The notes under the pieces: model-generated
What the model was told of the DNA's origin: nothing
What the model saw: the letters and a program-made list of their open reading frames with translations, nothing else
The model's database searches: none
Translations under genes and position numbers: made by a program
NCBI GenBank assembly: GCA_051362555.1
Contig: CM120643.1
Location: 23,378,848-23,442,847, forward strand
Direction of reading: 5' to 3'
Source of the DNA: Lingula anatina
Lineage: Eukaryota > Animalia > Brachiopoda
Length of the DNA: 64,000 bases
In this document: positions 26,301 through 40,000 of the stretch, in pieces
How positions within the stretch are numbered: the stretch's first letter is position 1
How the letters are laid out: each line of letters opens with the position of its first letter

Positions 26301-29300
26301 ATCTAGAACCTAGGGTAGACTTAACAGGCCCAATGTCAACTTCACTGAAGATAGATTTATAGTGTCACATTAACGGAAGCTCCGTCTTTTCATGATATAT
26401 CTATGGTAGTCATTGGGGCTGTTCCAGTACAAAGTTGTGTAGAAAAATGCCTGTTTAGGCATGGTATGGCCGCAGTGTTTTTTGCTTACTAACAAATCCT
26501 TGTTTGCTCATTTATTTCATTGTCTACAATTCTTTACACTAACGAAAACTTTTAGACCAAATTCATTCAAATCTGACTTTTTATGATCGTAGTTTGTCAC
26601 AATATGAGCCCCGCAACTTGTAGGACAGACGTTTTTTCGCTGGACTCTTTGTTACGACTTCTATCGTCCAACGGTCCATCGCATCCAGAGAGTAGAATAT
26701 GCACGTGGTTCAAACCACGTGAGACCTATTTAAACAAAGGAATGTGTGGCCTCTAGGCACCCGCACCACAACCTTAACTTGATTTTTCAAAATAAAAAAG
26801 GGAATGTAGAACAGCCTGGCTATCAAGGAATTGAGTTGATCTATATTTAAAAGGTTTTTAAAAAAGACAGGAAGAGCACATGATTCCTAACATAAACATG
26901 GGAAAACGACAGTTTCATGTATTCTGATAAAAATCAAGGCTTCTCAAATAATATCTCTGTTAGGTTCGAATAGGTTGACATTTATTCAAGGTTAATTTAG
27001 ATATCTGGGTTCCTGTTATATCCCTTTCATAAAGGCAAGCGTCACTTAACTGCCTTTTTTTAGTGACTTTCAAATCATGGTGCTTACCGGTTTCGCAATT
27101 GCAATTATTGAATTTAAATGCAGTTCTTCTGGTTGGACAAAAACTGTTACGCCAAGGGCTCCGTTAGCTTCGGTATATATTTGAAGACCGCTTTTGTTTG
27201 GAAGTGTAATGACATTTCGATTGTCTGAAAGTTCCTACAGTGCCAATAACTCTTTTCTGATAGCAGTATAACAAAGTCGATCTGTTTCACACTGAACTTT
27301 TTTAAAGTCACTAAAAGCACCGAGACAGTTCCAGTCAGCGTTTGGACGGTATTTGTAATTCGGAAAACCCTCGCATTTGGTATGGAAAATTAAAAGTTGT
27401 AACAATTAAGAATAAAGAAAGAGAGTTGAATGTGTACATGTGCGCATGTGCACGTTATGTTGCCACGTGGCCTACAGGGCCCGTGTTATTTCAAGTTCTT
27501 CCTTAATTGCGCCCGTGTATAGAGCAAATTTCTTGCTATAGGTGCATGAAGCATTTGGTCCTCAATTCAGTTTGCACTAAATGACATTATAACGTATAGT
27601 AGACCTCATTCTATTCATTTGTCTCTGCCGAATGAATATGCACACCAGGCGTCTTTTTGACAATGTTCCAAAACAATTAACTGCATGTAAATGCGCCGGC
27701 GGTTTTTGTAGTTAATGCAAGTTAATTGTGACATAAAGATCCACTAGATTACGCTTAATACAATAAACATTGGAAGAAAATGACGATAAAGGTATTTTTG
27801 TTTTATCTCAATTTGACGCCGGAGGTGAATATATACGTGTATGTTGGAATAAGATAAAAACGGTAGTCACCTTGATATAAATGAAGGTACGAATACCTCA
27901 GCAGCCTTAAGTGTAATCGTTTTATTTCTTAGGTGACCAAAAAAGTGGCTGGGTTATTTAATAACAGACTTTGTTTTTATGTTAACGTTACTGCTCTTGC
28001 TTCGCATTTTTTGAATTACCTTAAAATAGTTACAGGCGACCATTTATCCTCCCAGGCACAAACAGCCCACTAGAGTGCACGGTTTTAGTCGCCCCCTCTC
28101 CGCCTCTTTACATCGTTTGGTTTAACTATATCACTATTAAAGGACCAGCAACCGTTCCAGTTCACCTATAGTATGTTATTAATAAACAGCGATAGAAACC
28201 ACTTTGGTTCATCTCAGACTATTGTTTCCTATGTATGCATTATTTGTCTCTGTAGTCCGTGACATTAAAGCTGATACCCTCTTTGTCTTATGCGTTTCAA
28301 ATGTTAACGGTTTCGTTTTCGCTTGCAAGCGCCATTTTCCCCATTATGTCTATATCGCCTTTGTGAACACAATCGATGATATTTCCCTGTAGTGCTCCGA
28401 CTCTTGTATGCCTTTGTTTTAAGACAAGAAACACAGGCCACGCGATGTCATGGAGCATAGCAGACCTTTTAGAATTCAATCTCTCGGAGTATTTTATCAT
28501 ATCATATTCATGTTTATTGTTGTTGGAGCAGGAGGTAAACACATCTCTTTTCACCAATAAGTCACCGGAGGTTTTTGCGGGTGTTGCATATATAAGAGCG
28601 GAGGCCAGGCGACCATGGTAATAACTCGTGCACTATATGACCAAGGTCTTAACACAATTGAGAAATAGAACTGCTTTTAAAGTATGCACCAAAACAACAC
28701 TGGTACTAATTATTACAATACAGGTTTATGATTTTACTACTTTTTACTACTTATTGGTAGCCAAGGGCCGTTAATGCACCATGTCGGGTTTCACCAATTC
28801 TTTCCACTTTTGTCGATGTTCCTATAAGTTCTTTTTGCGTTATTAGTTGTCGTCTTTGTCCAACTTGCAATATGTGATATCCCTGCATCTTTTTCGAAAT
28901 CTTATTTCTCATGTAACAAGTTCTCTGTCACGCAACATGGTGTGAGCTTCGCTCAACTCTCCACTATGACGAACCGAGTTGTCCTTGTTTGATATTGGAC
29001 AACATAAATTAAGCTACATGGTTTTAAACTTCTTTTGTACAAATTCAATATTGACACTCCTGATGGTTAATCACACACTTATGTATCAACGATTTCCCGT
29101 TTTTATGTAACGGTAAATTTTGGTTTATATATGTACAAGGTATTCTTGATAACCAGGGCCCGTAAGGCCCCTATTTCACACAGACCACGAATCCCACGAA
29201 TCGCCAGGAACTGACAAATTTCAAGATTCGTGGTTGAATCGTAATCCATTCGTGAAGTTCTTAACAGATTCGTATATATTCCTAGTCAATTCGTGCACTT

Positions 29301-29730
29301 CTTGACCAACAGGAATGTGGTGGGTGGTGGGTAATGGTCAAGCAACTAAAAGTGACAAATAATCAAAGGGATACCTGGATAAGCGAGAAAATCTGTTCAC
29401 CACCTCTATCTAGAGGTGCACCTTGATTCAAGACTTACTCAATCAAGGGTGGGTAATAAAGCAATTAAAAGTAACAGTTAATTCATCAAAGAGTTACCTG
29501 GATGAATGAGAACATCAGTTTACCCTTTGATCAGGTTTTTAATAAAATGTTCCGTACTTCTATTTTGAAAATTTTATGTACTTGTACTCCATGAAAGTCA
29601 TTTGTTTAATGAAATTAATATTATTTATCCTCCAGTTGCATCATCACACTAAGAAATATTCTGAAAATGGATGAAAAGATTTGAACTTTGTACTCTTTAC
29701 TTTATATATGTATATAAATATATATTATTC

Positions 29731-29828
29731 GGGGGGGATCGTCCGGGGGGGGGGGGATTGTCCTGGGGGGGAATTGTCCGGGGGGAATAATCCGGGGGGG
29801 AATTGTCCGGGGGGGGGGAATTGTCCTG
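29731..29828. repeat. G-rich minisatellite (G6-11 AATTGTCC-like units, about 6 copies)
   Basis: Repeated gggggg(g)aattgtcc-like units. A degenerate ~125-bp tandem duplication lies upstream at about 29320-29525. Such arrays are common inside non-autonomous Helitron/Helentron-type repeats (inference). Confidence 0.7.
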
Positions 29829-29974
29829 ATACCTATAACTACATCACGCTTGGCACTTTGATAGCCGCTTTATGATTGCAAGTAGGCAGAAAATGCGAGC
29901 AGAACGTGGATACTGCAAAACATATAGAACCAGATCTGTCAATTTCTCCATTAACTCTTTCACTTCGAGCTTAT

Positions 29975-31915
29975 CTACATCCTGATCTGATCATTTTTCA
30001 AAATGTCCTTTGGGATCCTGGTGACCAGTGGGAAGATGATCGAGAAAACGATGCTTAACAAGACCAATATGCCCAAGAAACTTTCCAAGTAAGATTCGTC
30101 ACGAAGACAAATGTCTGGAGCATCAAACAAAAGCCAGTCTAGAAAGAAACAAAACAATTTTGTATCTAATTATAACATACAGTGACTAACCGGTACTTTA
30201 TAAACACTATATCCACGACTACTTTTATATTTTTATATGTTGTTCTCGTCCCTGAATAAAAGTAACTAGAATAGTATGAATTGGTACATTTTATGCGTTT
30301 TCAGGAATTAGGTACACGAAACGTCATAAAATAAACCTATTACATTCTCCTAACATAAAATCTAATTATAAACTTCATCAAAGTAAGCGTAAAATTCCAA
30401 ATCTTTTTAGGAAGCAACGCATCATTTTGGAAATGTCGATCAAAGGTAAAACCATTTTTGAATGACATCACTGTTTCATTTTTTACCAGTTGGCTGTGAT
30501 AAATGGTACAATGACCTCTTGAAATATGTTCGATATTCATGATAGGCATCTTACCTGGCCGAGTTTTTATCACCAACGCTTCAATTCCAACTGCAATCAA
30601 GTATGAAAGGCCCAGCGCCGTCTGGTGTAGACCCATGCTAAAGCACTTTATACCATCAGGGGCTTCCATATAAGAATACTCCATCACTGAAAATGTGCAA
30701 TGATTTCTTTCTGTCATTTTTGTTTTCTGAATTGAGTATATGGGAGTAATGGAAGTGTGGCGTAAACGAGTATGGGCCCTAATGTTGTGAATTTCAAGTA
30801 AACAGGAGAAGCTGACAGGTTTTAGAATGCGAGGAAAATGCGTACCATTCAAAAACTGAAAACCGAGTACTTTATGTAAACGATCGCAATAAATCTAAAC
30901 ACTGCAAATCTTATGACCTTCGTTAAAAGACAGTTTGTTCTGCGTGCTGATGTCAATTTCACATAAAGGAAAAAGAAATAAAGTTATTCTCAAAACAAAA
31001 TATGACCATTTGTTAGCTGTTTGAACACGTACGCAAGTGCTGTCATGCTCTCATGAGAGATATACATGCACCGATATACATTGACGGCAAAGGCCAAAAA
31101 CGATTGAAAAATACGTAGAAAAAAAAAAAATAGACGTGTCAGACTACCTGTAAGCTTCGTGAAAACTTCAGCAAGTGCAATCAATGTGTACTGAGGTCCT
31201 TGGGCAAATATACTGATTGTGGAATAGCCGTGGTTGTTTTCACAGTTTTTCTTCCGGATTGTCTCCAGAATAATGGCGACCAGCCCGGATACAATGGAAA
31301 AGACGACGCCAATGCCTACGAAAATAATTATAATAATAATAATAATAATAATAATATTACTATGTATTTCTTGTATAAAACATCATGATTCTTGTATATA
31401 TTTATAAATATTTACAGGTGAAAAAACAATTGTTAATTTTAATTGAAGCATGCGTACCAAACGTTGAAACAGATGAGTAATATATTTATATAAATGCCTG
31501 CTTACTTTTCTGTATGAAAATCTGACTTTCTGTCCGATAAAGTAAAACATCGTATATAAAATGTCGTATTATTTTCTGTTCCCTTACTTACACGTTTTTG
31601 TTATATAATGCGGTCCGCCGCGGGGACATATCCGTGGATAAAGACAGTAGAGAGTAAAAGGGATGACAAAAACGACCACAACCTCATTAAACAAGATAAG
31701 CTGAGTTGAAGGAGAAGGAAACAGGTGCCCAGCCACAGTTCTGTTTAGTCCAGATGCTTGTAGCTCGTATATAGTTAGCATCTAAAATAAACATAACGTT
31801 TAGTTACTGTAATTCATTAGTCATTAGCATCATAATTGCAAAAATGTTGTCAAATTGTGTTTAAGACCCTTGGTCCTGTTAACGACTGCACTAGTACCGC
31901 ATGAAATAGCTAGAT

Positions 31916-31984
<69 letters not shown>

Positions 31985-34900
31985 TTTTTGCTTGATTATT
32001 TATAAATTTTTGAATGATTAATCGATATTTAATCGGTAACTGGGTTGACTGATTGATTTCATCTTACCGGCAAGTAAAGAAATCCGAACCCTACCACAGC
32101 AGAATTGACCAGCAGAACCCTGAGAACCGCTCTTAAATTGGATCTCCTTAAAAGATATTTCCTGCTTAGATAAGATGTGTTCAAGATGCGCCCTTTTCTA
32201 CATAACTGGAATGCCGATGACAAAATATTAGGCAGCGCTGTACCTAGAATAGATTACATCACACGTAAGAATACACTGTACGCTGGGCAAGCATTCATAA
32301 CACTTAATTAATGTGCATTATTTGATAGGCACATTGGTGAAGCAATGCAAGCAATGTAAGTTCAGCTCATCTAAAGCATCTATGTAAAGGAAATTTCTGA
32401 AGTATCATAATGAGGTGTTCAGCCTGTAGAGGGGGTACATGGAAGTTGACTGTAATATTGAAAACTTGGTTGACCCAAAATAAATAGTTGGTAGCTTTCA
32501 GTGGCATTCAATTTACCTTCATTGCGGTTGGAGTCTGGGTTCAATGACTGCTCTCTCACCAAAAAGGCCGTCAAAACTAGTATGGCCGACACAGCGCCTG
32601 AAACTGGAACTATCAAGTATTTCAAGTACAACTCGATGTCGACCTTGTCAATTACAGCGCGCGACACATCAGCGATGATGGCCCCGACGTTTCTCCATAC
32701 GTAATACCTGTGAAAGGATTAAACGTGTTGGTAATCATCGAGTGGCAAATATATTATATTATTAAGTCATTTGAGTCACAACAGGATACCATTTTGCTTT
32801 ATGTATGTTAAATTGATTAGTATGATAACAAAAGATATTCCAGTATGTTATGCGCATGTTAAGGTTATCCAGAGAGGCATATATCGTGTGGTATCAAGCA
32901 ATTGAATTGCAGTTTACGTTACTGAATATCCACATTTAAAAAGTACAGTTCAGACCTTCAGCATTGACGATGTGCATCATTAAAAACAACATCGATTTTG
33001 GAGTATTTTGAAAAGATACCAATTGATTCTCTTTAAACAAAATGATTTAAGTACCAATGAATAAATCGCCTGCGACTCCTTTTGTCTGTCACTTGTGCAG
33101 CGCCCACTACCGGTAAGACAACCTCAATACAACCCTGTCCCAAAGCTGTAATCACAAGTCCTGCTATGGCGATGTTTCTGGAGGCCACGAGCTGCAATAT
33201 CAAAGCCAAACATTTTCAGAATATTTCTAGAATATATAGAATGTCTCATTTCATGTTTTAAATAAAAAATTCGTTGCCTACTATTAGATCATACATGTAA
33301 AAATCAAATAATATCAAATTGTGCTTGCATGATAATTACTATAAAATATTAGACCTGAACGGCAAGCGTTCAATAAAAACCTATCAGGAGGATCTTGAGA
33401 CTTTTTGTTTTTTGGAAAAATATTTTTCACATTAGGAACTTGTATAAATCTATGGTAACATTAACATTACATTTGTCTCAGCCGCAGATCCAGCAGACTC
33501 CAGAAGAACAAGACCTAAGAATAAAAAATAATTTAACAAAATGTCCATAAAGGTGAATATGTATCTTTCAAGACGTTTAAGGTGATATTCACATGCTGTT
33601 TTGAGATTTTGTCTCACTATTAACACACATAGTTTGCTTTTGATACTTTTACGCTACAGTAAATATCTTTCAACAAAATGGCGTATCGGGGGCCCTGGCC
33701 AATAAGATTTTGATTTATCAGTTCTACTTATTCATCAAAATAAAAAAACAGCACAACCATTGGGACAGGACAAAACCAAACATAATACTGTCTCTGCATA
33801 TTACATACCAGTATAGGGAAGTATCATCGTCTTCTTTGGGAAAATTTTTCATTCCTATAACCCCACCCCCACCCCACCTTCTTATGAGAATACACACGAT
33901 CCACCAGTGTGTATGCTTTTGTATAATGCGCAAGGAGTATTTCATTATTCTCCTGTCGTACCTACCTATATTGAGGAGAACATAGCCTATTCCCAGCATT
34001 GGTAATGGATGAAAAAATGCGTCGGCAAATGCCCCGCCAAGTATTCCAAAACAATGCGACGCACCTGTCAAAAAATAAATCAATAAAAAGCAAACAAAAC
34101 ACTGATTAAGGCGGTAAGCAAGTAATTAAAAGATTCTGTCAATTAATGAGGAAAGATGATGAGTACTGAATTCACTAATGGAACACTTGTGAGAGGCTGT
34201 TAGATTTACAGAAATAGAAACATACACAAAGACATAGAAACATTCACATAGGTTTGTGCGCCCCCCCCCCCTCAATATTAGCACAGAAAGCAGGGGGGTC
34301 AGGGAAATTCCTCCGTTATTTTAACAGTTACTCCCACTCTCTCTTTCTCAGACAAACGCACACACGTACACCGCTCAGGTTTGATATATGTAAACAACTA
34401 AACATCTGTTAGAGTTGAATACTGTAGGCTGTAAAGCAAAATGCAAAAACCATTTATTTTAACTACCTTTGAAAACGAAAGGTCGATTGCCCACCGGTAA
34501 ATTGAATTGGAGAAATGGCGAGAGATTGATGCCACATTTAGTTTTCATGATGCTGCCTCTTCTTTTGATCTTTTCTTCAACATGGGAGGGGGCATAATAC
34601 TAGGATTGTATATTTCGACATAAAAAACAGTGTTATCTACAGTAATTGTGCAGTTGCATTGAACATATAGCACTGTTGCTGATGACCACACCACGTTAAG
34701 AACAAGGGCGCATGTCCAAGCGTGACATTTGTTATAAGCATGTAATCGAGATAACTACAGCTGATAAATGACGCACTTCGTGGTCATATCTCAGTGGTTA
34801 GTCGGCCTCAAATGACAATCACGCAGGTTTTGTCCAATAAATAAGACTTCCACCCTTTGAAGTCTGAACGAATAACAGAACTTGTCTTCAAATGCACATA

Positions 34901-35553
34901 ACGTCTTTCAATTAGGCAAAAGTGAAGCGGTCACTATGTGGGATGACGAAAAGGTAGGCGCAATTGAAAATATTAGCAAAGTAATTCATGTCGTTTTTCT
35001 GCCAAATTGTGCAAGTATGAACAAAACCATAACTTCATGGGTAAACGAGTTTTGCCACGGGATTGAAAAGGAAAACCCCATCTGAGGCATACAATCAAAG
35101 CAATTCCTAATCCACATTGGGTTTCTGTTTCCCCTCTCCTAACACCAAGTCAATTCACTACTTGGAAGGCGTCAATGCTACAACACACGATTTAATCTTA
35201 TCTGGAATTTTTTTTTCGATGCCCAGACAGACGTACAAATGGACGCAGACAAACACACCGTGTACAGAAGACAGAAACAAATAATCGCATAATTCAGCAG
35301 ACATGCAGACAGACAAACAGACAGGCAGACAAAAAGTCCCATTGTCACTGGACGCATAACATCTTTAAGATGACAATTATTTTTCGTATTTTCACTTACC
35401 AACAAACATCATATGTGCGATCACTGCATGTCCGGCTGTGTAACTTAATTTCACGACCCATAATTCATTTACGTAGTTTTCGACAGTAAAGTAGGCAGCC
35501 CGCTCACACATTAATGCCAGAAGTACCAGCAAGGCTGATTTTGAAAACGTCAT
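29975..35553 (-). CDS. SLC15A4-like: SLC15/POT (PTR2) family transporter, paralogue A, 10 exons, about 484 aa
   Basis: Exons: 35553-35400, 34064-33966, 33514-33471, 33191-33055, 32707-32517, 32243-32068, 31781-31592, 31315-31148, 30686-30555, 30138-29975. All GT-AG, phases 1,1,0,2,1,0,1,1,1, open frame. Motifs LMCERAAYF, LGGAFAD, GQGCIEVVLPVVGAAQV, WYYVWRNVG, QGPQYTLIALAEVF and EYSYMEAP. The symbol is family-level only. Confidence 0.88.
31917..31981. repeat. Compound (GT)n(GA)n microsatellite in intron 6 of paralogue A
   Basis: Directly visible. Confidence 0.9.
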
Positions 35554-37034
35554 TATAATATGCAGTGTCCGGTGACTGAAAACTACCGGTCATTAGTGAC
35601 AGACCCGCTGCGTCACGCCGTCCGTCGTTGAACGTTGTTTAGAACCATGGCTATTTTAGAACAATGATGTAAGAAAACGTTCGTTGTTGCACCAATAATA
35701 CTAGTAACGTGCCCACTGATAACATTCAGTTTGATAAAAGTTATGTAACTGCCTGCTATCATAGAATTACATATATGTATTACTATATATTAATTTATAT
35801 AAAGCAACTTTTATGTAAGTACACGCGCGTAAACGTGTTTGTTTGACTGTGGGATTTTTTTTTTTTTGCTTTAATTCTGTTATTCATTTCAGTTATATGA
35901 GATAAGACAGCATTTTGGGTAGATTAAGTTATTATATCTGATCCGAAAATGCGTGGTCAGAGAAAAAATACATCATCAAGAACAATGCCAAGAACAATGT
36001 TGGACAACAACAATGTTGCTTTTTTTTTTTGGGGGGGGGGCACATTGACAATCTGGTATTAAATTGTATTAAATTGTACTAAGACAATTACTTGTGTGTA
36101 TGCTTTTTTTGCAGATTTCAGAAAAGTGAGATTGACAGAGACGTTATATCGATTTATTTCTCTTTCTCCCTCTCCACTGAGTTCATGATTAAGACGTTTG
36201 TTTAATAGAGTGTAAGTTATCACGGCATGTATCCGCTGAAGTGAATGCAATTATACAGTCCATCTTCTATTCTGGTCACCCATTATTGGTAACAGATGTT
36301 TCCAATCAGCATATATTGACCGTTTATCGGAGAATCCAGAAAGATATCTACCTTCAGTCATATACCCTGTGAATTTTTTCAATTAAATTACATTTGAATT
36401 TAAAACGAAGAAGATGTATCTGTTAGGCAAGAAAGGAAAGCATTATGTCAAGAATATCTGAATAATAACAACAATAAATAAATCTTTCCGTGCTTCCGTG
36501 AATTTTTTGTTTGCTTTTTTTTTAATGAAACATAAAGGTTATTCGGCTGGAGACGTTTTGAAAACGTTAATGCCAAAAGTTCATTTTTTAAATGTGACAG
36601 GCATCTTGCCGTTTAAAGAATTAATAAAGTTAGCAGAAAACACAAATACACACACACAAACACACACGGGTATTGAACGTATTCATTCTTTTGACAGTTC
36701 AGCTCAAAGCAATAAATTAGCCACAAACTTTTTATTAACCCCAACCTGCCATGGAAAAACGGTGCAGCTAAATACGTACACTTCAACTGTAAACAGGAAT
36801 TTAAGTCATTTGTTTCGTGTCTCTCAGAGGAAGATGCCCCTGTAAATCAGTGCCCTAGTCATAAAACATTAGAGAGATTGTTGTATGAGGATCACTAAGT
36901 TCAAATATATGGGAAACTAAATTATATACCCTCCGTATCATTAACACATATTCCTTTTGTAGCCCTACAGGGGGCAAACATGTCATGAACAATTTGCTAT
37001 TTCGGGTATTTCAGTTTTCCAATGAAAGCACCAT

Positions 37035-40000
37035 TCATTCATTTGTGGTAAAGTCTGTCAATTCCTCTCTGAATTCCTTTCTCTCTCCCTCCTCGTTTAT
37101 GGTCTTCGGTATCCTAGTGACCAAAGGGAAGATTACGGAGAAGACTACGCTCATAACGACCAATATAGCCAAGAAATACTCCAAATGGCTGGGGTCACTG
37201 GCGAGACACGTGTCATTTGAATCAAAATCGTACCAGTCTGAAAGGAGAAAAGTATGTTTCGTCATAGTAAATACGCAGACCGCATTAGGACCGTATGGCA
37301 AACACGTGACGTGATTTGCAGTTGGTAATAAAATTAATTAAAAAAAACTCTTTATGCGTTTGAGATCGATACATAAATGATTTTTATTTTTTAGAGTCGG
37401 TCACAAAGGGCATCAAGCCAAAAACTAAAAGAGGCAAAAGTTTGCTGTTTTTGACAAAGCGAGCGCTGCTTGTGAAGCCAAAGACGGAATAGCATACAAT
37501 GTATGTACGCTAGGAATACATACCAGTGTAGGTTTTCACCAAGCTTTCTATACCCAGCGAGATTAGAAATGAGAGTCCTAGAGCAGTCTGGTGTAAACCC
37601 ATACTGAAGCACTTCAAACCATCAGGGGCTTCCATGTATGAAAACTCCTTAACTGAAAAGTATCCAAAAAAAGTATTTTGACTCTTTACATCACACCAGT
37701 TCATGACGTTTATTGTAATAGTTTTAATTTATATACGTGCAATATACTTTTGTCCATGTGAACTGTAATACCGGTGATAGGCAATGCGGTACTGTCTCCT
37801 CGATCACTATCCCAAACTGTGTGGATAAGCTGCATTCGGTTTGTTATGGGAAAGGTACTGCAATATGCTCGGTCTCGCGAGAGCCCGCATTTGTTCTCTA
37901 GAATTCCCGTTCACGGAAAAAGCACTGCTCTCACCTTGAACTGACACGTGCGGATGCCAAGGGAGGCGGGATTCGAACTCGTGATTTTGCGTTACCAAGG
38001 ATATTTGTAATTGTTTTGAATTTTAGCAATCGTGCACACTACTGACTTTGCTGTGAAACCCACTCACCCTCCGTCCGCACCAGTTTTCTCTTGTAGTAAT
38101 TAACCTCATTTCAGAAACTTCACAATCACAATCAGTTTTCGATATCGAATCACTCACACTGATTTTCGCCCGTGTCCTAGTGAAATGAGTTACCACGGAG
38201 CCACAGAAACGGCGATAGTACATGCAATTCTTGTGTCAAAGGAAACCTTCTACTATCTGATAAAAAGATGTTTCTGCTGATACAATCGATTGTTCGGATG
38301 TGTTATATTTTGTCCTGCTCAACGCCATTCTCCAATCATGACCTTACCGTCAACAATTCATGAATTTTGAGACGCATACAGGTAGTATACATGGCAATAG
38401 ATGGAAAGTGAGACAAGGAACAAGACTGAAACCATGTATAAACGACAGAGGGCCTTTTGGCGCGAGGGGGGTGTAATGCACAAAACCGACTTTATGTTAT
38501 AAACGTGCCTGATGTATTGAAAACGCGTAACTCATCTGTCAAAAAGATGACGATCAAAATACCACACACATTGATCTATAAGTATCTTGGAATCATCATT
38601 TGTCACAAAAATGTCCAATATATATTCAATTCGCAACACAGAAAACATTAAAAGTATATAAAAAAACCAACGTGTTGTACCTGTGAGAGCAGTGAACACT
38701 TCAGCGAGAGCGATAAGACCATACTGTGGGCCCTGAGCAAAGATGCTAATGGTGGAAAAACCCCGGTTTTGAGCACAATTCATCTTACGCCCCATTTCCA
38801 ACGCAATCGCAACCAGTCCAGATATAATGGAAAGGACCACCCCAACACCTAGGAAAAAACGGACGATTAAAGATAATGGAGAGATCATTTTTATTGGGAG
38901 GAATTTTCACTCGCACTGTCATTACCTTACCTACATCTATTCTCAGTTATTTGGTGTAGATGAAGTAAATCATTTTACATGGTTTACAATCAGCATGAAT
39001 TACATTATACATGTAGGTACAATGTATATTTGGCGCAGTTCAAGTCATACTATTTGAATAACTGACCACTGGAAATTCCAAATTTTAGAGTAAAATAAAA
39101 CTCAACGATAACCGAAGCTTACGTTATAAAAGTATGTGTTGGGACACGTGTACAGTAGTGAGGAGGGTAATTCCACAAAAGTGACCACTTGAATCACGTC
39201 AGTAACGAAAAATATATGTATGGCCCTATTCAAAATAGGGGACTAACTAGTCCGAGGATCAAATATGGCCGACCCACTGGAATACTTCCCCACGAGATAT
39301 CTATTCAGTGTCTATTAGCGGATAAGACGGCAAGCATTGTAGTGGGTCGCCATATTTGACCCTCGGACTAGTTAGTCCCCTATTCTGAATGGGGGCTATG
39401 ATTCTTTTATATCACTTTTTGATTCCTGTTGATTAATTTCCACTTTGGAGGGACACTAGAGTATTAAGCAGGGGGAATACAGTACACGCATGGGCGCGTG
39501 AGTTGAGGCCCCTGTGGGTACAATTACATTATATTCCCCCTAGCACCAACCTATTTACCTTGTCGTGTCACTGTGTATTGCTATGTGCTGGATGATCCGG
39601 GATGTGGCTTAATAAGGGGAGGTGGGCGAGGTGGGCGAGAGGGGAGGTCAAGGATAAATGTAAACAGTGGAAGACGACAATATATGATGATTACATAGGA
39701 GACATACTGTGGAAAATGGCTTGTCTGTTTTTAGTGAGACATCTCTTTGGAAGGGGGTAGGGGTGGGGGTGGAGAAGGGGTATATCAAAATCTAAGAGAA
39801 AGGTACATGTGCATACATGTTCTAGATATATACAGTCGCCGTTTCCGTGACGATATCCGTGGATACAAATAGTAGATGGTAAAAGGGATAACAAGCACTA
39901 TCACCACTTCGTTGAATAATATGATTTGTGTGGATGGGGAAGGAAACAAATGTCCGTTCACGGTACTGTTGAGTCCGGTGGCTTGTAACGAATATATCGT

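Noticed and set aside
11706-29700. Short ORFs in the 12-29 kb interval as host exons
   Set aside because: No consistent splice phases or recognisable protein motifs. Treated as intergenic or intronic DNA with decayed repeats, though small exons cannot be excluded without RNA data.
31240-31260. Suspected frameshift in exon 8 of paralogue A
   Set aside because: Recounting the T run (5 T) gives an open RKKNCENNHGYSTISIF, and the 168-nt exon length matches B, C and D.
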